Shown here one piece after another: positions 21,518 through 31,948 of a stretch of DNA of 34,093 nt. The notes beneath the pieces are model-generated. The model was given only the letters and a program-made list of their open reading frames with translations, was not told the DNA's origin and did not search any database. Source of the stretch: Perkinsus chesapeaki ATCC PRA-425 (lineage: Eukaryota; Protista; Perkinsozoa); assembly GCA_013115145.1 (NCBI GenBank), contig JAAPAO010000386.1, positions 1 through 34,093 on the forward strand, given 5' to 3'. Position 1 is the first letter of the stretch. Each line of letters begins with the position of its first letter. Made by a program: the position numbers and the translations under genes.

Positions 21518-24500
21518 ATGGCTGCAGCTCACAGGAAACGTTCTAACGCACAACCATCTTCAATGACTATAGCACAGGCCTTGACGCGTCAGAGTAGTCA
21601 ACCTTAACAACCACTCATACCGCTCCATTGTTTAATCAGACTCGAAAGGGGCATCCCTCGGGGCGCATGGACCTGCTCAACACGAGCTAGTTAAATGCAT
21701 GCGAGACATCACTGGAGAAATCGCCAAGGCGGTCCTATTGGACGTGCAAGCATCTATAGGTCAGAACACACGTTGAAAGCATCGACAAAGGCATCGACTT
21801 CAGATGAACTGTCACAGAATTTAACGGCAAAGTTAGATGCCGTATTGGCCGGTATTGTACCTGTTGATGGAGCCAGCACTCCATCGACTGGGGGTAGAGG
21901 AGCAAAGGTCACCTTCGAGAACAACGGTGAGGAATGCTCGAATGGTAGGAGAGACAAATCTGCAGATATTGCTAAGGCGACTGCTGCCCTGTTGAGGGCT
22001 GATAGCCTCTCAGCCGGTCATAAGCAGGCTGCCACAGCTGAAGGTATTGTATTCCGGAAAAGAATGGTTAAGATACCGTAAGCGGAATTGGTGCTTGCCG
22101 CCTTGCTGTTTCAACTGAATATCCTCCATTATTGATAAGCTACCCTTCATTCACTGTGCATATCTTCACGGGGTTGAGTAAGCAAGCTCAACGTATCTTC
22201 TCACCAGCACGTCAGTCCTTACTGCCTTTCATTGGCCGTTCTCAAGCGAGTCAATACCACTGACTTGTTGCCAGGCGCTATTGCGATTGGTAGCATTGTG
22301 AGAGTCACCATTCAGATAAGCATCCGTAGTAAGTATCCCTCCTTCTTGTGCAGTAAAGTTATAAGCCCGACCCCGTCGACCCCCGTGCCTGATCTTCCTG
22401 GTACACCTCAAGATGCCCCACAACCCAGAACCGAGGCGAAATCTCCTGATGACAAAACCTCTTCTTCATCATCGGGCTCCTCTGGGGACTTGTCTGCTCA
22501 TGAGAGGGCGCGTCGCAGAGAGGCCAGACGGGTGAGAGCGTCCTTGCTAAAGTTCACGACAGACGGCAAGACGCCACATGGCGAGACGGGACCAACGGTC
22601 AAGCGTCGGGGCAGCTTTGATCGGGCCGAGTTGAGGGAGGCGAGAGGGCACAAAGGCATTGAGAGCGATGCCGGCGGCGGGGGCGGCGGCGGAGATGAGA
22701 AGGCATCACCAGTAGAGGAAAAAGAGATATCCACCCCTAAGGCTAGAGTCAGGAGGGACAGCCTGGTGTCAGTAAGCAGTCGATATCGACATCGAAGAGC
22801 TTCTGATCATGCTGGATACTTTACAGGAAGTTTCTGTACTTTATCATACAATTTTTATTTATATTCCTTATTTTCCATTATACTGCATTTAAATCGTCTC
22901 TAGTAACAGATATTATACCATATCTGACGTATAGTAGATATAGACGGTGATGGTAAAGGATGCGAAAAGTCCGCAGTTTCCTTGTCGAACCCGAGGTCTT
23001 TGTTTCCTTCTTTGTTTTTGCATCTCGAACCTTGCAGTGGTGGCAATCCCATCAACATCTAAGAAAACCACTGGTCTGAGAAACATGCTTCATATACGCA
23101 CATGTACACTAGCCTAAAACTAATACACCTTCATCAGCTTAGAGATGACAGCGACAGTGAGGACGACGGCAAAGCCCCTCCGCCCGACTTGCAGCACGGC
23201 CATCTGAAGGACCTCCTGCAAAGGTGAGCTCAAAGGTGAGTTAAATCGGTATCCAGCATGTTTGTAGATATAACGAAGAGGAGCTCGAAGATAAGGCTAT
23301 TGCGTGCGCTAGGGCAGCCACGGTGGCGGCGAGCAAGGTCTCGGATAGACAAAGTAGGTATAGAAGGACAGCCAGATCGAGACAAGGATTCATATAGCCA
23401 ATGTGTGCTGAATGATTATAGAGGCTTTGATAGGAAATATGTTACTAGTGATACGGAGTAGGAGATATAATAGAAAGGAGTTTGTTAATGCCCAAATCTT
23501 ACGCATCCATTGCTATATGCACTTACTCCACTTAGATGTTGCCAAGAAGGCAACCAGACGACACGGGGTGAATCTCCTATCATTATCTAGCAAATTAAAC
23601 TTACAAGGCATTATCACGGAAGAGTCTGTCGAGAACAGTAAGGCTGGTGAGCTAGATAATGCCTTAGTCCGCTCTAGTGGGGATCACCGAGCAACTGCGT
23701 GAGATGGTCACCTCTGCTGGCACCGCGGTCAAGGGATTTTTCAAGGAGCCGGTGAACCCATTATCAAGTAGGACTGGATGCTTGTCGGAGATATGCTCAT
23801 CTCTGGTTCGGTGCATTGCAAGTGCACGGTTAGTCGGGAGTTAGGTCCCCTGATGCTGATGAGTGTGCTTTACCGCAATCTTGTGGTTTGACTTTGTTCC
23901 GACGAGCATCTGTAGAGGGCAAAGAGGGTAGAAAAATGTGTTAGTGTTATTTTCATATGCTACTTTGTATGAAATGCGTAGATTGTTGTGATGGTGCTTG
24001 TACGGTGAGACACGTTATCCGAGCCGATAGGTGTGGAAGGGTTTGCTGTACTGCGTCTAAAATGAACTTGGACTATCCATTATTGTGCCAACTATATCGA
24101 ATGCAATAGTAACTGGTACAGAAGGCATGGTGTATCTTTAATAGAGGCTCGGGTATGTATAGTACTAGTAAAAAGTAATATAGACTTTCTGTACCGAAAA
24201 TAGCAACTCAAAAAACAGAAAACTGTAGACTAGAGTTCTTTGTCTTTTATTGTACAATCTATGATAGACTATTTACTAATGAGAATAACCAAGTAGATGA
24301 AGCTGAATCTCTGTTAGTCTATATGTAACTTACCACTCAGCCTTCTGTCATCAGGTGGTCGTATAATGTGGGATATGATCGTTGCTGCCGCCCTAGTGTA
24401 CGTCATTCTCGGTATACCCTTTGAAGCGGCCTTTGTGGTGAGCAAGCTACTGCTGCTCGTTGCCTTGCCACATTTCCGCCTCTCAGGCCAGAGAAGGATA

Positions 24501-27500
24501 CTATCCGTCCTCGCAGCTACTCCTCGACGCGTAAGCGAAAGGTCTCTGGTTCGATTCCTGGCTGATGCTTTTTTCTTGATAGAATCCTCCTTGTAGACGT
24601 TGCCCTGCAGTTTCATACCCAGTTCAGTGAGAATGGCGCATTGATATCGAGCCGGAAGCGGATTGCTAGACGGTAGGCTTCGTCTGGGGTTGCTATTCTT
24701 ACTCAACGTACACGAGTGCCAATGAAAGTGGAGTCTTCGTCAAATGTTAAGCCTTCATCCTCATGCTTGTTACCGATCGATGTCATCGGTTGGAGGTTGT
24801 TATGGAATGAACAACCCGAAACCCGAATTTGAAATACTCGACAAATCATTTATCAACCGTTCCTATCGAATAAGACTTTCACGGTTTTCAGTCGGTCAAT
24901 AAGTTGTCCTCCAAAACTATAGAGGTTGACGCGTGCATTCTGTGCGACAGAAAGATTCTTATCGAGTTTACTATAGCAGGAAGCCTTTGTTCTTCACCAT
25001 TACCTGGAATTTATCATTTGTGGATCGTCGCCTGATGGCTGTCCCCGGTCGTCAGGTACTTCAAGTCCTGGCTCTGGCCAGAACTGCTGACATCCATACC
25101 GTGGGGACTGGTGGGTCTGAGTAGCTATGATGAAGACCTAACCTCATCGTGCTCAGTTCATTCCAGCATACTCTCGTGAACTGTCTGCTATCAAATTGGG
25201 AAGGACGGTATCACTGTCGAGACTGGGCAACATGAGTATGACAATTATGGCTAAGGTGGAGCATCGAGTGCAGAGCGAGATCTGGTGGATTGTACTGGGA
25301 GTCTTGAAGCTGGTATGTCAGTGTACAGCGAGCTGCCATGGCATGACAATAGAGTCTATCTCCTCCACACTTCATCCCATCACCTCACACTCGTCCTACA
25401 CCTTATTAGCATTAGTCTGGTTTAAGGGCTACTGGGCCCAAAGGTTCGGGCACGAGTTTCAACGTTGGACACAGGCAACCTCATGGAAGCGCGCATCTTT
25501 CGGAGGAAATATAAAAGCAACTTTAGTGTTATCCTGTTTATTGGGGACTTATGACTTGGAACTGTCGTGATTCTGGCAATACCGAGTATCTCTTCGATAC
25601 TCGTTAGAGTCACCTTTAGGTATCTGCGTTGTTGGTCATGTGCCATTGGGGAGCATGCTTGTGGTGGCTTATCGGCAAGGTAGGTAAAGTAACTCAGCAC
25701 TGTTGCTGCTGCTGCTGCAGCTCCTAAGACTCCATCGGCTCCTTAAGCAACGGTCTCTTTCATAACATCAACTAACCGATGTTATGAAAGGGTAGGCCAG
25801 CGCCGGATGCTATCTTCAGCTAAACCCACCATACACGCTCTTCCTCTATGAGAAATTATATCTAGTGCGTTCTGCGATGTGTTAGTTAAGTCTCCGAGAT
25901 TACGAACTGTCTTGGATAACCGAACTGGACATGGCCGATGCCTCCCAAATCCATCAGTATGTCGCTGCACTGTAAAAGAGGGAGATAAGTTAACAATTCA
26001 TATAAGTCGGTCAGATACTTTATGACCACAACGCTGACCACTGTCGGTTATGGTGACGTTACACCTGAAACCCATGTTGAACGGGTTTTCTGCATTTTTG
26101 CCGAGATTGTCGCCGGCAACGTGAGGAGCGTTGTGCCCATTGCTTGTATTGTTTTTCTTGTTTTGTGCGTGCATGCCACGTGTGCGGAAATAAGTAGAGT
26201 AATCGTTTGTAAATATACTTGTTAAATGTTAAAGATATCTGGGTAATTGCTCGAGTGTCGATTATAATTCTCGTCGATACTTCTGATCGATTCGTAAGAA
26301 TCTATCACACCCGCCTGCGGGTCTTTGTGTCACAAGGGTATAGCGCTTGAAAGACTTCCCAGCACGCGAATGGTTGCTTCCGCTGCAGTGCGTTCATATT
26401 CGTCATGAAATTTATGCCCATTCATTCTCTTCTAATTGCAGAATGGAGGTCTCAGTCTAGTGCGGCCCTGCGCACGCGAAATATAAATTCTTGACCAGCT
26501 TGCCCAATAAATTCGAAGATACCGTATAATTATTAGCATGTATTATGACCTCCCATATGAGTATCTCTGGGAGCGTTGAACCAGTAACAATGATTTCAAT
26601 CATTCCATTCCCTGCTTGTTTTTATACCACATTTCTTCCACATGATGTGGGCCACATCCCTGTAGGTATTCGCGCTTTTCTCTGGTCTTCTATGTGCTCT
26701 TATGTTGACCTATGATGAGAGTGGCGCTCAATATCGAGCGAAGTTGAAAGATGCTATGAGGTCGGTATGAGGGAATATGCACCCATTGTCGGCTTTCTCA
26801 ACAACTTGTGCGTGAGAGGCGGCAATAAGTGGTTGATAGCATTTAGAAACTGTCTTACCTAATCATATGGCTCACCATTTCTTTCGATGATCATTTAAAA
26901 ATAATGAGTTTAATGATGATGTCAGGTCAGTTCAGTTTCCAAACTATCTGAGCTAGAATAGTCATGTCAGCAGTAATGCTTCATATCCGATACTAGTGAA
27001 CTGCCCTTTGATATGGTATAATATTACTCATGATTTTTATGCTTTACAGTATTAAATAATACTTATTAATAATGTTAGTTGAACTTATAGTACACGGTTC
27101 CGCAACACGTCCTCAGCAACTAGGTTTTTTGCTCATATTGCATATTTATTCGATATTAATGTCGTATGAGTATAAAGTATATATATTTTGTGCGTATTAT
27201 TACCAATAAAGATGTTGTGTATTATTGGTAATAATACGCACAAAATATATATACTTTATACTCATACGACATTAATTAAGATGTTGTGTAATCCTATATT
27301 TTTCCTAGTATACCCCGAGTAAGAGCTATCGATTAGTGCATAGCATCTTAACCCCTCTAGATCGTCGAGTTGCTGGATAAGTTGCAGTTCGCACGCACGT
27401 CCAAAGTGAGAGTATCGCAGTTATTGATTAATTTTGATATACTTTTTATTATGTGTCGTGAGGTGTGGGAATCGGTGACCTAGGGGTTCTAATCCGTGAA

Positions 27501-30155
27501 CGGCGTCTTAGCTTGAATACATATAGACCCGCACCGAAGTGAGAAATTGTGAGCAAAGATGCTAAGAAATATTGAGAGAAATGTAGGCGAAGTGAAACTC
27601 TGTCATCTGTAAAAAATCGACTGGGAAGCGAAAGAACTACCGTGCATGACAATTCCGCAAAATGGACATTTTGTATTTTTCGAACTACATATCGCGACAA
27701 ACATACGTGGCAGTATCAAAGACCTGAACTGTTAAAAAGTAGCTTGGACTCCGTGAAAGAATCCGACGGCTATCGGATATCTGCGGTGATTGCTGTTAGA
27801 TACATGAACAAGCATAAGCTCGAGTCGGGGCTTAGGATAAGAGTCAGGAACTTCCTTCATCAGTTATTTGAGAACCAAACCAATCTCGAGGTGAATTTCG
27901 TGGCGCGGTGACGCTTGATGAGCTGGGTGGTGCTGGTTCTATGAAACCAAATCAACCCTGGGAGTCGCTCATTTTTGATTATATTTTTCTGGGGATTTAT
28001 TTCAACAAAAAAAACCTCAAAACATTTTTTCATATTTTTCCGTTCAGTCTCGGCGAGCCTTGGTGGAGTTTTTGAGAACGAGTGAGAGCCTGCAGCGTGA
28101 CGTCTATGTTGGTTTGATGGGCAAGATGCTGAAAAGATACTCCTGGTTCCGGGGCCTCACTCACGAGATTCTCGGCAAGGTAAGTTGTAGTTTCTAGAGG
28201 CATGTGAGCGTGGGAAGAATCGATATTATTAAGAATATATCTAGTATAGGCTTATCTCATAATAAGAAGACCTTCTTCCTATCATCAGATGAGATACTGT
28301 TAAAGTGTATTGTTAATTGTTCTTCTTCTTCTGAATAATAATAATAATATCCGACTGATGAGATCGGGAGCTTGCTCACTCTAGTCAGCACTTTGCGCCA
28401 AGAACGATATAACCATCATCATGATGGTTATATCGTTCTATGTTGGCAACATATGGGCCAACATATGCGCCTATGGGCAAATGCCGGCCATGATGGCATC
28501 ATGGCCGGCATTTGCCCGATGAACCGTTTACACTATGCCACCACACAGCGGTCTTGACCTGCGAGATCTCCCGCGGTGGTGGGCACAATTGTTGACTGGC
28601 TTGGAACTTGCTCAGGTGTGCTCGGTATGTGAAGATATTTATTATGCACCTATGGATGTTATGATATATGCTAAAGAGAGCGCTGATGGTATGTACTTTG
28701 TTGTTAGAGGAGCCATTGAGCTGGGGTAAGGGATATGGTTAAAGTTTGGCCACTCACAATTGATTGGTAAATCTCCATTGTAAAAACTTGACCGATATGG
28801 GCAAAGATTTCTCAATCTCGAAGTGTCCCTTCTCGCGGTACCATAGGCATTGTCATTCTTTCAGGGAATCCCCAGACGCCCAATCTGTACTCAACACCAA
28901 TGCCTCTGGAGGATCTCCTCGAAGTCAGAGAACTGGTATGTTGGCAGCCGTCAGCTGGTTAGTCACTTAACAATCAGCTAGGTTGTAGCTCGCCTCATTA
29001 GCCTTGGTTCATTGCTCGATTCACGGTACTGTCATCGTTGGTGAACAACTTAAGCTATCTACTCCTACGTTTTGAACTTAGTTGGCTTTTCTGGATCTCA
29101 GAAGTAGCAATACCACTTCAAACCGTTTTAAAGAGGTGCTTCACTGGGGTCACGTACGGTGTCTATTCTGCACCTGCGTATGGATCAATGAAGACTAATC
29201 ATCAGGAAGCCTTCTTTATTTCTCTTTGCTTTTACCAACTTTGTCTAACTCTCCTTTTGTACTAGTTTTTTATTAAAGCTTCGGCTTCTATAGTTAAGGC
29301 GATCCGTGGACTAACAGGAGTATGTTAATTTATAGCACTTTTTTCTGGTAACTCATTTCAATCGAGGACCTCTGCCATCGGGAGTCAACGCACTTTATAA
29401 CTCTTTTCTGTTATATATCTCATTTTCGACCCTGTCGCGCTGGAAGGTCTACACCATCACCCATCCCTCATTAGACACCGATGCCGGCAGTGAAGTTGAT
29501 GGGTTGATGAGACGCCAAGTGACCTTTGCCAGGATTGCTAGCACCAGTCACCTTAATACTATCAGTAAGACGGCAGGCTCTTTCCATTTGGTGGAAGATC
29601 ATTTGGATGTATTTCAAGCGAGAGCATTGCATGATCGACTTTCCGATCAGTTTTGTCATCCTTGGTAAGCATAATAACAATATAAGCTAACAGACCAGTG
29701 TTATATCTATATAACACTCTATATAACACATATATCTATATATCTATATCTATATAGAGGCACCCGCGCTATATCTCCGCCCGAGTGCGGTAAATGTGCG
29801 CACAACTACTACACTTGTTGATGAAGGGTGTAGTAGTTCTGAGAGCTTAGGATAAAACGTTTTTATTTAATAGTATATTCTGCCTCAGACCATTTGCTTG
29901 GTGCGGCTACCAGGATGTACGGTGACTTCTACACAAGCTCTGGCCCCGTAGGGTCCTCATCTGACCTGCTAGCCATAGGCAAGTTCATCTTATGTCTCAC
30001 TGCCATGATCACTTACCAGGAAACCAGAATTCTAAAGACGCTGACGCAACGTTTAGGAAGACCAATATGGGTGCTGGTTCATACTGTGGACAGATGAGCT
30101 TGTTCGCTCCATACATCTGGCCACGTACGGCGATATGCACCTGCTTCTGTGAGGT
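21518..30155 (+). CDS. 6-TM potassium channel with C-linker and cyclic-nucleotide-binding domain (KCNH/HCN/CNG-superfamily architecture); 3' end unresolved
   Basis: Exons: S1 24355-24437 (WDMIVAAALVYVILGIPFEAAF); S2 24487-24530 and 24583-24672; S3 from 25056 (YFKSWLWPELLTSIPW); S4-S5 linker to about 25312; S5 25620-25679 (CHWGACLWW); 25886-25971 and 26015-26120 (QYVAALYFMTTTLTTVGYGDV); 26666-26760; 27800-27890; 28048-28179; CNBD 28616-28725 (GMYFVVRGAIEL), 28865-28935, 29475-29664 and 30057-30155 (GSYCGQMSLF..PRTA). Long low-complexity N-terminal exons lie at 21518-23760. Confidence 0.9.
23426..23484 (+). repeat. Single unit of a 58-bp repeat also found in tandem at 34004-34093
   Basis: tttgataggaaatatgttactagtgatacggag.aggagatataatagaaaggagtttg is nearly identical at both loci. 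Confidence 0.9.
24523..24574 (+). other. tRNA 3'-half-like sequence forming most of a 52-nt intron
   Basis: cgtaa-gcgaa-aggtc-tctgg-ttcgatt-cctgg-ctgatgc-tttttt resembles anticodon loop, variable loop, T-arm and a T-run. There is no 5' half, so it is not a functional tRNA. Confidence 0.35.
27155..27290. repeat. 55-bp perfect inverted duplication whose 12-nt spacer is directly repeated after the right arm
   Basis: Arms 27155-27209 and 27222-27276. The spacer agatgttgtgta (27210-27221) recurs at 27279-27290. Confidence 0.97.
28401..28517. repeat. Cluster of palindromes: 19-bp, 6-bp and 21-bp arms, each with a 1-nt centre (intronic)
   Basis: agaacgatataaccatcat-c-atgatggttatatcgttct; atgttg-g-caacat; gggcaaatgccggccatgatg-g-catcatggccggcatttgccc. 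Confidence 0.97.
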
Positions 30156-30689
30156 GTAAGTTGGTAGCATTCATCATAGCCTTACAAGTCGATTAACGGT
30201 TATGGCAAAAAATGAACTGGTTGTTAGATGATAGACAGTGCTTGCAAGGCTTTTGTGCTGTGGTCTAGGTTGGGTGAGACGCTTCGGGAATCCGGAGGAC
30301 AGTAGCAGAAAATTAGAGTCAAATTCATTCAAATATTGTGAGGCGCCAATGGTGTGCATTGAGCCTAATTGCGCGTCTCCCTCTGAAGGAGAATACTGCA
30401 ATCACCGCCGCATTACGGGGCCTCTCTAATCTAATGGTATGTCATCAAATCAGTTACCATATAGACACGGCGAGATTCAAAGAGAAGATGTATGAGTCAG
30501 AAGATTCAAAGTAGGTTGATTGGCATACCATCTATTGAGTGGCCTCATTAGAACTTTGTATAACGAGAAGGCTCTTTGTGTGGCAGCGAGAGAGGGTCTA
30601 GTGAGTATAGTAAGTCCGGGCGGAATATATAATGAAACCGAATACGCTTAGCAACTCTACTACATATGACTGTATGTTAAATTTAAAGG

Positions 30690-31060
30690 CTTTAACTATA
30701 TTGTTATACTCCTTCCACTGTTCCTTTAACTATATTGGTATACTCCTTCCACTGTTCCTTTAACTATATTGGTATACTCCTTTCACTGTTCCTTTAACTA
30801 TATTGGTATACTCCTTTCCCNNNNNNNNNNNNNNNNNNNNNNNNNNNNNNNNNNNNNNNNNNNNNNNNNNNNNNNNNNNNNNNNNNNNNNNNNNNNNNNN
30901 NNNNNNNNNNNNNNNNAGTTCCTTTAACTATATTGGTATACTCCCTTTCACTGTTCCTTTAACTATATTGGTATACTCCTTTCCCTGTTCCTTTAACTAT
31001 ATTGGTATACTCCCTTTCACTGTTCCTTTAACTATATTGGTATACTCCTTTCCCTGTTCC
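30690..31060. repeat. 34-35 bp minisatellite interrupted by a 96-N assembly gap (30821-30916)
   Basis: Unit ctttaactatattggtatactcc(c)tt(t/c)(c)(a/c)ctgttc, with about 4 copies on each side of the gap. Confidence 0.95.
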
Positions 31061-31145
31061 CTCAGTCATAGAGTAATATGGGATATTCCCTAACACTTTC
31101 TAGTCAAGTCTACACTACACCTTCGAATTGGGGAAACTCTTCGAT

Positions 31146-31169
31146 CTCGCAGGAATATATTCCTGCGAG
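31146..31169. repeat. Perfect 24-bp palindrome with no spacer
   Basis: ctcgcaggaata|tattcctgcgag. Confidence 0.95.
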
Positions 31170-31948
31170 GCCACCAGTGGATTCTCCGTCATTTAAGCTC
31201 TAAGATATTATGTGGACTAAATTTCACATAATGTTTAATATTAGTATTTTGTTATATTATCGTTCATTATAGCGAGCTTTTAAGTATACTAAATAAAGTA
31301 GTATAATAGTAAATTTGTATCATAAGTTATACTGTATTTAGTCGTTATTAGAAACTTCTCAGTTCCATATTATTATTATCAGTATAACAGAACTTTCTAA
31401 TCACAGCAGTGTCGGAATATTTGTTCGGCTTCCTCAACAGATGGGGACTTGTGAGCTGGATTTCCTCATCATTTTATACGGGACTTCTGGTCAAGAATCG
31501 CGTTCTTGGCTGGGTAATTTCCATATTTTCCTCAAATTTTTCCCAAGCTCGACTACACATGTAGCCAGCCACGTGCACATTTTTCCACACTGAATCACAG
31601 CACACTAAATAGTTCAACAATAGTCCCAACTATTACCTGTCTTCACACAATCCAAGTAACGGTATCTTGGTATCTTTCACGGATCATGTGAATTGCTACA
31701 ACCATTCCCGTATGAAAAATAATCTTCTTTCTTTCTCGACCATTGAGCGTTCCCCTCGGTAGCTTACTATCAAGCTCTTAATCACATTTCGGATACGCGT
31801 TAAAATCGATTAACCGTTTCGTTCCGGGGCCAAAAATATTACCCTGGTCTTGTAACCTTTATTCGGCGGATTGATCCGGACGAGGTGATAGGATCTGGTT
31901 CCATATCTCTAGACTTGATGAGCTATTCCGTTGAGCAGTGTATTTCAG

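Noticed and set aside
28351-28400. Hammerhead-like CTGATGAG core
   Set aside because: There is no downstream stem II plus GAAA and no stem III partner. Other ctgatga hits are in coding or unstructured sequence.
29698-29760. Hairpin-like tata-rich tract
   Set aside because: It is low-complexity (ta/tc) sequence, where self-complementarity is expected by composition.
30690-31060. Possible CRISPR array (repeat about 35 bp)
   Set aside because: Units are head-to-tail with no unique spacers, there are no cas genes, and the context is eukaryotic.
30803-31093. ORF across the gap
   Set aside because: It is a translation of the minisatellite and Ns.
31400-31760. Protein-like minus-strand reading with one apparent intron
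   Set aside because: It has multiple stops and no recognisable family. At best it is an unassignable relic.
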